IMG/VR virus record: IMGVR_UViG_3300031413_000570
Direction: 5' to 3' (one strand)
Length of the DNA: 64,000 nt
Source: a virus
Taxonomy: Duplodnaviria > Heunggongvirae > Uroviricota > Caudoviricetes
Below are positions 1-8,888 of this stretch, in pieces. The notes under the pieces were generated by a model that saw nothing but the letters and a program-made list of their open reading frames with translations, had not been told where the DNA came from and did no database searches. The number at the start of each line of letters is the position of its first letter. Within the stretch, counting starts at the first letter, position 1. Both the position numbers and the translations under genes were made by a program.

Positions 1-57
1 GCAATGGCTAAAGTCAGAAGTGTTTTACGAATCATGATGATGAGAGGGGACTCCAGG

Positions 58-375
58 CTAAGGCTTCACTGTAATGGGGAAAGGCTTGATAGTGAAATGA
101 GTCTTGCCGTCAACTACAACATAGTCACGGTTATCCTGAGCGGAGAATCCAACCTGCTCCAGCACGCCTTCGATGTCGTTACCAGAAAAACTCCACATGC
201 TGACCTTCCGACCAATGTACGGACGAACTTCTCCAACTGTGGTAACAAAATCTAATTTGTTAGCTTCGATCAATGCAAGAATCTGCTTGGCTAAAGCATC
301 CTTCTGCTCCAAAGAATAGTTCTCGGTAAGGGGACTGTTAATAGTAATATTGATAGTCATATCTGATTCTACCAT
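58..375 (-). CDS. hypothetical protein (105 aa)
   Basis: Complete minus-strand ORF in the same orientation as its neighbours. The overlapping plus ORF 4..255 is judged spurious. No recognisable motif. Confidence 0.45.
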   Translation of the reverse strand: MVESDMTINITINSPLTENYSLEQKDALAKQILALIEANKLDFVTTVGEVRPYIGRKVSMWSFSGNDIEGVLEQVGFSAQDNRDYVVVDGKTHFTIKPFPITVKP

Positions 376-398
376 CCGGTTGGAAGCAAGTCAAATTG

Positions 399-704
399 TT
401 ACAACCCTATCTCTTCATGAGTTCGAACAGGAGCTTGCTTGAGAATATCTAAAATCCACTTAGTTCGTTCACCAAGCAATGCTTGGAACGGTAGCTGACT
501 ATTTACTTCTTCAGCAGTGATTCTTAGGTATATCATTATTCTGTCACGGTTATAGAAATCATTTTCCAAATCGTTATGATGATGCCAAAGTCTGGTATTA
601 CCCACCCAAACAAAAATTCGGTGTTCACCAAAATTTTCTTGAGCTGCTATCCACGAGATACTGTCTTCCGAATTTGACACTCTCCAAAAGATGTAACTGT
701 TCAT
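399..704 (-). CDS. hypothetical protein (101 aa)
   Basis: Complete ORF co-oriented with flanking genes. No recognisable motif. Confidence 0.45.
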   Translation of the reverse strand: MNSYIFWRVSNSEDSISWIAAQENFGEHRIFVWVGNTRLWHHHNDLENDFYNRDRIMIYLRITAEEVNSQLPFQALLGERTKWILDILKQAPVRTHEEIGL

Positions 705-803
705 GTTTTTACCTTTGCTTGACTTGCCGACTTTGCTATCTCAGACTGTAGATAACAACATTTCCTATTCAAGAGTAGCTCACACTTAGTTGGCACACCC
801 GTT

Positions 804-860
804 AAATAGCGTTAGTGCTACAAATCCACATTACGTAGAGTTGTAGCACTAACGCTATTT
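804..860. repeat. 20-bp perfect inverted repeat (AAATAGCGTTAGTGCTACAA / TTGTAGCACTAACGCTATTT) with a 17-nt loop, followed by TTTTT on the plus strand
   Basis: Read directly from the sequence. It lies immediately downstream of the nadE stop (873), in the intergenic gap between two minus-strand genes. Possible terminator or protein-binding site. Confidence 0.4.
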
Positions 861-872
861 TTCAGTAGAGAA

Positions 873-1718
873 TCACTTCCACCATGTTACTGCAGGGTCA
901 ACAGGGAGCTGACGCTTGTGTTCTGTCATCAGGTAACGCAGTTCAATTTTTTGAGCTGCAACCACATTGACATCCTTACCTTCAAGGTAGTCGTCAAGAA
1001 CATCATAGGTAATACCCAGCTCAGTCTCATCAGCCTGACCTGCTTTGTTGTCCAGAAGGTCAGCTGTGGGAGCCTTAGTGATAACAAACTCAGGAGCTCC
1101 AGCAAGACGGAGAAGCTCTTTACCCTGGCGTTTGTTCAGACCACTCAACGGAAGAACATCTGCAGCACCATCACCGAACTTGGTGAAGAAGCCTGAAACT
1201 GCCTCAGCAGCATGGTCTGTACCTACAACAAGCAGCTGGTGGGTTCCAGCGTAGGCGTACTGTGTTACTGCACGGGTACGGGCTTTAACGTTACCTTTAT
1301 GGTAGTCGCTGAGGTTATCTGCCTCATCTCCCGACCAGCCAGCAATGTCATTGTACTGGTCAGTGAAAGCATCCACCGCAGGCTTGATGTTGTACTCAAT
1401 TACCTGGTCAGCCTTGATGAAGTCGCGGGCAATGGTGATTGCGTCATCAGCATCTTTCTGAGTCCCGTAGGGGAGGAGAAGAGCTAAGAACTGGTAGTTC
1501 TCACCTGTCTCATCGCGGAGTTCGCGGACAGCTGTCTGAGCAATGTAGCCGGCGAGAGCAGAATCCTGTCCACCGCTGATTCCAAGTACAAATCCTCTGG
1601 TGCCAGCATTACGGGTGAAGTCTTTGAGGAAGTCTACACGAGTGCGTAGTTCCTGTTCTGCATTGATGACGGGTTTTACCCCAAGAGTGTTGATAATCTG
1701 TTTCTGGAGCTTGGTCAT
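873..1718 (-). CDS. nadE: NH3-dependent NAD+ synthetase (NadE)
   Basis: PP-loop motif [14 protein letters not shown] is characteristic of NadE, and the protein is NadE-sized. The start was moved to the internal ATG (MTKLQKQII), which is preceded by AAGGAAGGAAAC about 8 nt upstream. The track ORF extends further, to 1766. Confidence 0.85.
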   Translation of the reverse strand: MTKLQKQIINTLGVKPVINAEQELRTRVDFLKDFTRNAGTRGFVLGISGGQDSALAGYIAQTAVRELRDETGENYQFLALLLPYGTQKDADDAITIARDFIKADQVIEYNIKPAVDAFTDQYNDIAGWSGDEADNLSDYHKGNVKARTRAVTQYAYAGTHQLLVVGTDHAAEAVSGFFTKFGDGAADVLPLSGLNKRQGKELLRLAGAPEFVITKAPTADLLDNKAGQADETELGITYDVLDDYLEGKDVNVVAAQKIELRYLMTEHKRQLPVDPAVTWWK

Positions 1719-1792
1719 GATACGGGTTTCCTTCCTTAGACCATTCTTATTACAGTATATCGTCATATTGACGAAAAAGCACGTTTTTGTGA

Positions 1793-2440
1793 CTATTTCC
1801 TTTGAGAAAGTTTTCGAATGACTGTCAACGCATCATATCCGTGACCATACACATAACTTTCCCATGTGTGCGGAGTGAGCTGCTGTTCAAATGTCAACTC
1901 TGTAACCTTATCTGTGTTCCAATTCCAGCTGTTGTTATTACTGGTGATAAGGACAGGAACAGTATGATTCTGCCTGAGAAGAGTAATGACATCCAGCCAA
2001 CCTTTATCTTTTTGGAAGATATCTGGGTGGGCATCTTGGATGATATCTGCTACCCAGTTTGTGTCTTCTGCTGCAACCCACATTCGGGTCGCGTGGTGGA
2101 GCCGGGAAAGAAGTTTCATACTGTTGTTACCAACACTTTGCACAGTGTTCAAGTTGATATTGTAACTATCCAACACCTGCTCTTCCACAACAAGGTGGAA
2201 TTCCTTGTTATTGAACTCAGTAGTGAACTGTTCAGCCCAGCGTACTATATCTCTTGTCTCTTGCGAAAGAGAATTCTCTGCTGTAATTACTTTACGAAGG
2301 ATGTCTTGATTCCAGGCAGGCTGGAGAAAAGCTTTACCTATGTTGTTGATGATGTCAGCAAATTTGTGACTTTCGCTGGGCTGAACAGTTACGGTGTTTG
2401 AGTCTTCACCGTGTTGGGCATGGAACTGGATGGCATTCAT
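1793..2440 (-). CDS. hypothetical protein (215 aa)
   Basis: Minus-strand ORF preferred over the antisense plus ORF 1802..2401, which is Cys/Ile-rich and atypical. No motif recognised. Confidence 0.45.
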   Translation of the reverse strand: MNAIQFHAQHGEDSNTVTVQPSESHKFADIINNIGKAFLQPAWNQDILRKVITAENSLSQETRDIVRWAEQFTTEFNNKEFHLVVEEQVLDSYNINLNTVQSVGNNSMKLLSRLHHATRMWVAAEDTNWVADIIQDAHPDIFQKDKGWLDVITLLRQNHTVPVLITSNNNSWNWNTDKVTELTFEQQLTPHTWESYVYGHGYDALTVIRKLSQRK

Positions 2441-2482
2441 ACAAGCATTCTACCATGAGATAACCTGTGTGTTTGATAGATG

Positions 2483-3706
2483 TTATCTGGGTGTTGTGTC
2501 GAAAATTCTTGCGAACGAAACTGGAAGGCCAGGTCTAGGAACGAAGAAAACCTCTCCGCCTTCGTTTCTCCAATAAGACTGACCTGAGGAAAGTGTGTCA
2601 AGCCTTTTACCAAAAAGTTCAGAGGTTTCTGCCGACGAAGAACGGTAAGCTATAAAGTCGGAGTATTGGCTGTTGTTTTCTTCAAGTTCACCTACTGTGA
2701 GCATAACCAAATTTAGGCTTCGTGCTAACCTACTGAGCTGGTTCAGTTCAGCGACATACTGGTAGTTCCTACCATCGACAATTAGCATTTTTGGTTGACT
2801 ACTTGGTCGTGCATGTTGTTTAACAAAATGGAATACTGTTTGAACGATAGCTGCGTGCTGTCTTGCTTTAGTGGTGTCCAAGGCTTCTACTGGTGCTGTA
2901 AGCGGAACTTCAGCTGCATCAAAGACATAATCTTTTTCAGGGTCAATCACCAATACATTCTCAGAGTACCCAAAGAACGGAGCTCCGATGGAACTGAGAC
3001 CCAAATGGGAAAGAGCAGCTGTTTCATATTGGAGTTCTTCATACTTGCTGATTACCTGCAGCAGTCCTGTCAATGAAGGCTGTTTAGTTTTATACTGTTG
3101 TTTGATGAGCGTTGTTAGCGTCTGGTTTGCTCGTGCTTGATAGTAAGCATCTCTTGAAAGTGTCAACGTGTTGATAAAGTGGAGAATATGCTCTGTCGAC
3201 ATATTTGTTTTGAATGGGTTCAGGTAGCCTGATTCCATTTTTGTCAACATCAGAATCTGGGTGTCTTCATTGAGTGTTTTCAGATAGTCAGATGCCAAAC
3301 CTATGACGAAGGTAGGCATCTTCATTCCTTGGGCAAGAAATGCTGCGTAGGATGCTGCTACGCTTTTACCTGAGCCCGGCTGCCCTGTAAGAAGAATGTT
3401 TTTAGTCCTCTGAGTATCAGAGGGAATGTGCGATTCTGCTAGCAATGCTGAGAATGGGTTACCTGCGTAATACGGAATGGGTTCCATTTCGGCAACAGGA
3501 TTAGACTCTGATTCTTTGATTAGACCGTACTCTACGAGCAAATCTCTGAGCGAATCTTCTGTTGCTGTCCCTTTGTTCAGGGTGATGTTTATCTGAGGAA
3601 CATCTGGGTCTGTTGCTGTGAGGTGGATGGAATCATCTTTGTGTTTATATGAAACACGTACACCTTCAAGCTCTAAATAACGCCCGCGTTCTGGTTTTTG
3701 CACCAT
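2483..3706 (-). CDS. P-loop NTPase (Walker A LLTGQPGSGKSVAA), function unknown
   Basis: Walker A GxxGSGKS. A hydrophobic strand followed by D (MLIVDG) is a candidate Walker B. 407 aa. Confidence 0.5.
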   Translation of the reverse strand: MVQKPERGRYLELEGVRVSYKHKDDSIHLTATDPDVPQINITLNKGTATEDSLRDLLVEYGLIKESESNPVAEMEPIPYYAGNPFSALLAESHIPSDTQRTKNILLTGQPGSGKSVAASYAAFLAQGMKMPTFVIGLASDYLKTLNEDTQILMLTKMESGYLNPFKTNMSTEHILHFINTLTLSRDAYYQARANQTLTTLIKQQYKTKQPSLTGLLQVISKYEELQYETAALSHLGLSSIGAPFFGYSENVLVIDPEKDYVFDAAEVPLTAPVEALDTTKARQHAAIVQTVFHFVKQHARPSSQPKMLIVDGRNYQYVAELNQLSRLARSLNLVMLTVGELEENNSQYSDFIAYRSSSAETSELFGKRLDTLSSGQSYWRNEGGEVFFVPRPGLPVSFARIFDTTPR

Positions 3707-3785
3707 GATAGGTACTCCTTTGTTGTCTAAATCGAATAAACTGGTTTACTGCCAGGGCAGACATGCTAAACATGCTAACTCAGTC

Positions 3786-3806
3786 TATCGGAACAACTTC
3801 AGGCTG
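3786..3806 (-). promoter_or_regulatory. 21-nt motif TATCGGAACAACTTCAGGCTG, copy 1, upstream of gene 2483..3706
   Basis: Identical 21-mer also found at 4279..4299. Both copies sit in short gaps upstream of minus-strand genes. Confidence 0.25.
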
Positions 3807-3814
3807 CTGTATTT

Positions 3815-4270
3815 TTAGTCCCTATTAGTAGACATTGATTCGACAATAATTAACAAATTGTTATGAGGAGCCTGACTAATTGATACAACCCAATTTGGGG
3901 CAAACGAATTTTTTTTATTGTTTGGAATAACTTGCAAAAGGTAGCAAGAGCGATTACCTTTATCAACAGTTTTATCAACCGTAACGCCGGCTCTTTTCCT
4001 ATATTGAGCTGTTATTTTTTCGATTAGTGTCTCACTCAAATACACCGAATGTAATAAAGCAACACCACTTTGGATACCCGAAAAAGTCATATTGAACCCC
4101 TCCAGCTCTGTAACCTTTATAGGTTCTTTTAAGTACCTTTCACTACCTCTAATTACATCACCTAAAACAGTCAAGCTTCCATTCATATACTTGCGATTAG
4201 CATTGTTGATAAGCATGAATACAATAATCAAAATAATTGCAACAGTTATAATAGCGAATAGAATAGACAT
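3815..4270 (-). CDS. membrane protein, hypothetical (N-terminal transmembrane helix)
   Basis: N-terminal hydrophobic segment ILFAIITVAIILIIVFMLI. 151 aa. Confidence 0.45.
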   Translation of the reverse strand: MSILFAIITVAIILIIVFMLINNANRKYMNGSLTVLGDVIRGSERYLKEPIKVTELEGFNMTFSGIQSGVALLHSVYLSETLIEKITAQYRKRAGVTVDKTVDKGNRSCYLLQVIPNNKKNSFAPNWVVSISQAPHNNLLIIVESMSTNRD

Positions 4271-4278
4271 GAGTGAAT

Positions 4279-4299
4279 TATCGGAACAACTTCAGGCTG
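4279..4299 (-). promoter_or_regulatory. 21-nt motif TATCGGAACAACTTCAGGCTG, copy 2, immediately upstream of the start of gene 3815..4270
   Basis: Exact repeat of 3786..3806, read directly from the sequence. Confidence 0.25.
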
Positions 4300-4888
4300 T
4301 TGCTGTTTTACTCTTTTTCGCGGTAAGGTTTCGGAAAATACGTACTCCTACAACAATGACCAGTATTACTGCTACGGGTACTAATACTGGAATGAATATA
4401 GCCATAGCAACTAAACCTACTGTAAGAATGTTTTCACCAAAACTGACAATGGGTGTTACCATTCCACTCATTGTTGCGTTGATAAGCGGTCTGATGAACA
4501 TCTTCATCAAATGAGGAAGTAAAGCAATAGCTAAACCAATGATGAACATGGGAAAGCCTGGAGAACTCACAAAATTGCTAATCTGAGTCACAGGAACATC
4601 TGTTACATGAGTACCTGCAGCAAACAGCAATCCGCCTGATGTTGGACGGATTGCTGTTTGGATGACATCATTCAACGAATCAACTGCCGCTATTTTGTCG
4701 GCAAAAAACTCTACTAAAGCTAAAGCAATCAAGATCGCTAATGTCCAGTTGTCTTCCATCCATGACCAGTTTCCTGGGAGAGCGAAGAAGTCAGTGAACT
4801 TTGATAACAAGCTGACAGCAATCAGAGGAATGTAAGCGTTCAACCCTGCTGCTAAAGCAAGACCTACCGCTGTAAGTATTTCAAGCAT
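4292..4888 (-). CDS. integral membrane protein (DUF4126-like, multi-pass)
   Basis: Several hydrophobic helices. Overall resemblance to DUF4126-family membrane proteins. 198 aa. Confidence 0.45.
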   Translation of the reverse strand: MLEILTAVGLALAAGLNAYIPLIAVSLLSKFTDFFALPGNWSWMEDNWTLAILIALALVEFFADKIAAVDSLNDVIQTAIRPTSGGLLFAAGTHVTDVPVTQISNFVSSPGFPMFIIGLAIALLPHLMKMFIRPLINATMSGMVTPIVSFGENILTVGLVAMAIFIPVLVPVAVILVIVVGVRIFRNLTAKKSKTATA

Positions 4889-4905
4889 GCATCATGTCTA
4901 TCATC

Positions 4906-6429
4906 TTACTGCAATTCAGTCATCAATTGAAGATGCTTTTGGCACAAGTCAGCCACTGTCATGTCTTCAGCAAAACCGAACATGGTGAAGTCCTGATGTT
5001 CTTTGATGTCACCTACCGTAATTTTTGTATTACGGTAAAGTGCATAGTTCAGTTTCCATAATTCGGTGGAGAAACTGTACACTCGGTCAGGGTTGATTCG
5101 AGCACGGCTTACAAGGTTCACATAAGGAGCAATGTAAGGCATTCTTGTCGTTTCTCCTGTAGGAGTTGCAACCGTAAGTCCGCCGTGTTCGGTTCCAAGG
5201 ATAAAGTCTCGCAAATCAACTACGTCATACAAATCAGAACCCAGCTCAGAAATCAGGCTGTCCTGCTTGTCAACAACAACATCGTGCGTTTCCAGCATGT
5301 TGGAAACGAAACTCATTGTCTCCCCAGTAGCAATGTCATCATCCACAAGAGTGTACACTCCAGCAGGAATTGCTTCTACCTGCTCTTGAAGGGCTGGCGA
5401 GCCAGGACGGTTGACATATTTGATAGCATGATGCTGGCTACCTCCAGTGGAGAACAGGCGAGAGATTTCAAGGTTCTGTTCTGCTTTCCAGAAACAGTCC
5501 AAAGAAATCACATTCTCTGTCTCAGTATGGTTAGCCATCTGTCTGATGATGGGAACCCTTTTCACTCTCACTTTCTCGTAAGTCACATGCGCCTGCAAAA
5601 GAATAGCTACAGAGTCCGCAATGATTTTGTTCGAGTAAGGAGTAGGGTTTTCTCGGAACGCTAAATCCAGGTCTTCCCGCAGTACGTAAGTGGAACCTAA
5701 AGCACTTCTTCCATGGATATCGATAGCTCCAGGGTTTGCTGCTCGTGCAGCTGTAGAAGAATGGTCTGTGCAGACTTTCTCGCTGAAGACAACCCTTTTC
5801 TTCGCGTCAGGATGCACCAGGCTCAAGTCCATCTGAGCTCCTTCTCTTGGAACGCAAACACCATGACCGTATTCAGTGAAGCTGTTTGCAAACATGTAGT
5901 TGTCTCCACCGAAGACCATGTACAGTTTGATGTTCAAATCAGGCAACCAACGCTTCAGGTAAAGGTTGAATCTGTCATACAGTGTTGTGAAGTTCAAATC
6001 AGTGGGAGCATACAGAGCAGCCCAGTCGTCCACCTGCATCCAGGGTTCGTTTTCTACTGCTTCATGTAGAAGGGCGATGCGGTTAGGTGCGATGAAACGT
6101 TCGTCATGAGTTTTACGCATGATGTAGTTGTCGTGGTCGGGAGTAAAGTAGCCTGCAGCTACAGTTTCACCTGTTTGGGTTTCGATTGCTTCTTTGGCTA
6201 ACCTCATAGCTCCAAGGTGTCCTTCGTGAACTGGAGCGAAACAACCAGGGTAGAACAAGACAGATACGTCCTTTTTACCTGCATCACGAATAGCCTGCAA
6301 AGGAGTTGTGTAGAATCGCACATGCGGGTTGACACGTAACGGCTTATTTTCAATCCAACCTGCTGTTACTAAGTCCTGCTTGCTGTTGGTTCTTTCGTAA
6401 AGAGCCTGGAAGTATCTGTCTAAATTCAT
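4906..6429 (-). CDS. fusion of nicotinamide/nicotinate-mononucleotide adenylyltransferase with a type I phosphoribosyltransferase-like domain
   Basis: N-terminal (H/T)xGH nucleotidyltransferase motif FAPVHEGHLGAMRLAKE, as in NadM/NadD NMNATs. C-terminal PRPP-binding loop VYTLVDDDIATGETMSF, as in type I PRTases and PRPP synthetase. The stop overlaps the start of the next gene. Confidence 0.65.
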   Translation of the reverse strand: MNLDRYFQALYERTNSKQDLVTAGWIENKPLRVNPHVRFYTTPLQAIRDAGKKDVSVLFYPGCFAPVHEGHLGAMRLAKEAIETQTGETVAAGYFTPDHDNYIMRKTHDERFIAPNRIALLHEAVENEPWMQVDDWAALYAPTDLNFTTLYDRFNLYLKRWLPDLNIKLYMVFGGDNYMFANSFTEYGHGVCVPREGAQMDLSLVHPDAKKRVVFSEKVCTDHSSTAARAANPGAIDIHGRSALGSTYVLREDLDLAFRENPTPYSNKIIADSVAILLQAHVTYEKVRVKRVPIIRQMANHTETENVISLDCFWKAEQNLEISRLFSTGGSQHHAIKYVNRPGSPALQEQVEAIPAGVYTLVDDDIATGETMSFVSNMLETHDVVVDKQDSLISELGSDLYDVVDLRDFILGTEHGGLTVATPTGETTRMPYIAPYVNLVSRARINPDRVYSFSTELWKLNYALYRNTKITVGDIKEHQDFTMFGFAEDMTVADLCQKHLQLMTELQ

Positions 6430-7166
6430 CGTACTTTCCTGTACATAATGTCTGTTCTAATAATTGTTTTTGTGCCAGTTCCGGTGACCTTTTCAGCGTC
6501 ATGCAGGAGGCGATGGTCGAAGACTACAGCTGTTCCGTCTTCAGGAGCGAAGCGAAGTCTAACTTCATCTTCGTCAGCGGCACGGTATTCATCACTAAGT
6601 TCACGCTGAGCGACAGGAAGATGAGCCTGAGGGTCGTGAAGATAACGAGTTGCTCCTCCATGAAGTTCACCTGGGTGTTCCAGATACACGACAAGGCTTT
6701 GAAGTGTGCGGACATCTTCTGATTCGACATACGGAGCATCGTAATGAACTACCAGCCAGCCTCCTTCTTCGTATTTGATGAATCGAAGAAGAGGTGACAC
6801 ACCGATGGGTTCCCATAGTTCATGACCGTCGAAGTCGGTGTTGTCTGCATCTGTGAATGTGCGGACAGTAGGGAAACCGTGCTTGATTCTGTTCCACAGA
6901 ACGTCAGCATACTCAGGAGTGTAATTGGAAGCCCGGTAGGAACCAATAGGGTCGCCTTCTTTCCAGTTTCCTGACATTCCTGTCACTGACACAGGCTGCC
7001 AGTTGGATTCTTCCAACGCTGCCATGATGCTAACTTTTTCCTGTTCAGGAATGAGTTCAGGAATCACTACAGCTGTACGGTCAAGTTCAGGGAATGGTCT
7101 CACTTTAACTGCATGAGCCACAGCAGGGATTTCAAAGTTAACTTGGTTTACGAATTTAGTTGCCAT
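6426..7166 (-). CDS. 2OG-Fe(II) oxygenase superfamily protein
   Basis: Candidate HxD...H iron triad (VVHYDAPY ... FDHRLLHD), typical of prolyl-4-hydroxylase-like dioxygenases. 4-nt overlap with the NMNAT gene and 11-nt overlap with the upstream PP-loop gene. Confidence 0.6.
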   Translation of the reverse strand: MATKFVNQVNFEIPAVAHAVKVRPFPELDRTAVVIPELIPEQEKVSIMAALEESNWQPVSVTGMSGNWKEGDPIGSYRASNYTPEYADVLWNRIKHGFPTVRTFTDADNTDFDGHELWEPIGVSPLLRFIKYEEGGWLVVHYDAPYVESEDVRTLQSLVVYLEHPGELHGGATRYLHDPQAHLPVAQRELSDEYRAADEDEVRLRFAPEDGTAVVFDHRLLHDAEKVTGTGTKTIIRTDIMYRKVR

Positions 7167-8121
7167 TCTGGGGCCTCCAAGGCTGGTTGTTCCATCCGTT
7201 TGGGATTGTTGCGTTCATAATGTCCAGGTGGATGGATGGGGTTCCGTAGGTGTATTTATGTGCGTTGTAGTCATGTAGTTTTTGCAGGTTTTTGGCTCCT
7301 GTGACAAAGTGGGCATCTCGAAGAAGCTTCAACGGAACGCTACGTGCCTGCAGCCACAAATGGAACAGCTCTACGAAGTCATAAGAAGCTCCGAAAACTG
7401 TTTCATCTTCACGGCCGTCATACATGTCTCCTGTAGGAGTGGCTTTCATGACGCTTTCAGGAACTTCGAGCAAAGCTGCAACTTTGTACACTTCTGACTT
7501 GTACAAATCAGAGATTACTTGCAGGTCAACCATACCATCTGAAGCTTTTCCTACATAACCAAGGTATCCACCTTCGGAAAGGTTTGTTGTGCCTACCACT
7601 AAGGCAGGGTAGCCGGCGTCAGTCAGGATTGAACAGGTATTGTACAGGACTGGGGTTCTGGTGTAAGCCACCAGCTGTCCTTTAGCCCAGTCTGTTGATT
7701 TGATATCCAGGATGTCTTCCAATTCAGAAGTAATCACTTGGGAAAGAGATGTGAGCTTAGTGAAAATAGCTGGCTTCAGTCCCAGGTCCTGGCACAGGTC
7801 GGTAGCCTGCTGGACTGCACCGTCTTGGTTAGTTGCACCTTCGTAAGAAAGTGCAGGAAGTAGAAGAGGGACAATCTTCTGAATTGGACTGTTGTCCTGC
7901 TGGGATGCTTTGACGAGAAGTGAAAGGGCTACAGCTGAGTCAATACCACCAGAAACGCCTACTACAGCCCCTAAGAGCTTGTTCTGAGCGAAGTACTGGT
8001 TGATGAGGACAACCTTACGCTCAATCCATTCTGTAGCGTCAAAAGCCCGCACAGCTCTTAGCTGCTCTAAGGTCTGAGCCAGCTCTGCAGTCATGGTTAC
8101 TGTGTCATTGTAGACTTTCAC
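7156..8121 (-). CDS. PP-loop ATP pyrophosphatase, NadE-like paralog (candidate NAD or NMN synthetase)
   Basis: SGGIDSAV PP-loop in the same position as in NadE family proteins. Second NadE-like gene in the window. 321 aa. Confidence 0.6.
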   Translation of the reverse strand: MKVYNDTVTMTAELAQTLEQLRAVRAFDATEWIERKVVLINQYFAQNKLLGAVVGVSGGIDSAVALSLLVKASQQDNSPIQKIVPLLLPALSYEGATNQDGAVQQATDLCQDLGLKPAIFTKLTSLSQVITSELEDILDIKSTDWAKGQLVAYTRTPVLYNTCSILTDAGYPALVVGTTNLSEGGYLGYVGKASDGMVDLQVISDLYKSEVYKVAALLEVPESVMKATPTGDMYDGREDETVFGASYDFVELFHLWLQARSVPLKLLRDAHFVTGAKNLQKLHDYNAHKYTYGTPSIHLDIMNATIPNGWNNQPWRPQNGN

Positions 8122-8783
8122 GATTCATCTTTCGTATGGGAGTTGTAGATATGGTTGGCGACTGCTTCAACGGAGTCAATTACGGGGAGTTCAGTCATGG
8201 TTCGGAGTGTGTCAGCCATCACGGATAAATCTGTGCAGCCTAATACAATGCAGTCTGAGCCAGCTCGTTCAGCAGCAGCTACGACATCTGTCAACTGAGG
8301 GTGGGATATTTGGTACTTCATCCCAGCAGCAATAAGTTCATCTGCAAACATGTTAGTTGCAATGTAGGCTGCATGGCTATACAGGTTGTCCTCTGAGGTG
8401 AGTTTGGAACCTACGATAAGAGGTTTGGAGTACTCAGAATCTACGACAGCTTGACTGGTGAGGGTAGGAACAGAATGTAGTTTGTTAGCAAATACTTGCT
8501 GCATGAACTCTTCTTCGACGTGGAAGGTGTTACAGATGACATAAACATCTGTGACACCTTGGAACAGAGGAGCTGTTTTACCAAGTTCGGTTCGTAGCAT
8601 ACCAAGGCTACTGATACGCCCTTCGGCATTGATGATGTCTTCAGGTAGATTGGAAATTACCATACGAGGGAAGGCAGTATCAGCGTATTGTCCAGTGCTG
8701 AGAACTTGCTTTACGAGCAGCTGCTGGAGATGTAGGGTGGCTACCGCCCCATATCCGCCGAGAATTCCGTATGTGTTCTTCAT
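8118..8783 (-). CDS. Asp/Glu/hydantoin racemase family protein
   Basis: N-terminal ILGGYGAVAT (compare GILGGMGP). Two conserved catalytic Cys motifs, VICNTFH and LGCTDL, match aspartate racemase CNTAH/GCTE. First gene of the overlapping four-gene operon. Confidence 0.65.
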   Translation of the reverse strand: MKNTYGILGGYGAVATLHLQQLLVKQVLSTGQYADTAFPRMVISNLPEDIINAEGRISSLGMLRTELGKTAPLFQGVTDVYVICNTFHVEEEFMQQVFANKLHSVPTLTSQAVVDSEYSKPLIVGSKLTSEDNLYSHAAYIATNMFADELIAAGMKYQISHPQLTDVVAAAERAGSDCIVLGCTDLSVMADTLRTMTELPVIDSVEAVANHIYNSHTKDES

Positions 8784-8805
8784 AACATCCTAATCATACC
8801 ATCTT

Positions 8806-8826
8806 TATCGTCACAATGACGATAAT
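8806..8826. promoter_or_regulatory. perfect palindrome TTATCGTCA-CAA-TGACGATAA (9-3-9), candidate operator about 23 nt upstream of the first start codon of the NAD operon
   Basis: Read directly from the sequence, in the AT-rich intergenic region upstream of the racemase start. Confidence 0.4.
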
Positions 8827-8888
8827 ATTACTAACATTTTAAAAGAAAAATGACCCCATTTTCAGGAGCCATTTTCTTCAGAATCAAA

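Noticed and set aside
4-255. Plus-strand 83-aa ORF at the window start
   Set aside because: Almost entirely overlapped by the co-oriented minus-strand gene 58..375, which fits the local operon direction. No motif.
1802-2401. 199-aa plus-strand ORF antisense to 1793..2440
   Set aside because: Cys/Ile-rich, low-complexity translation typical of an antisense frame. All neighbouring genes are on the minus strand.
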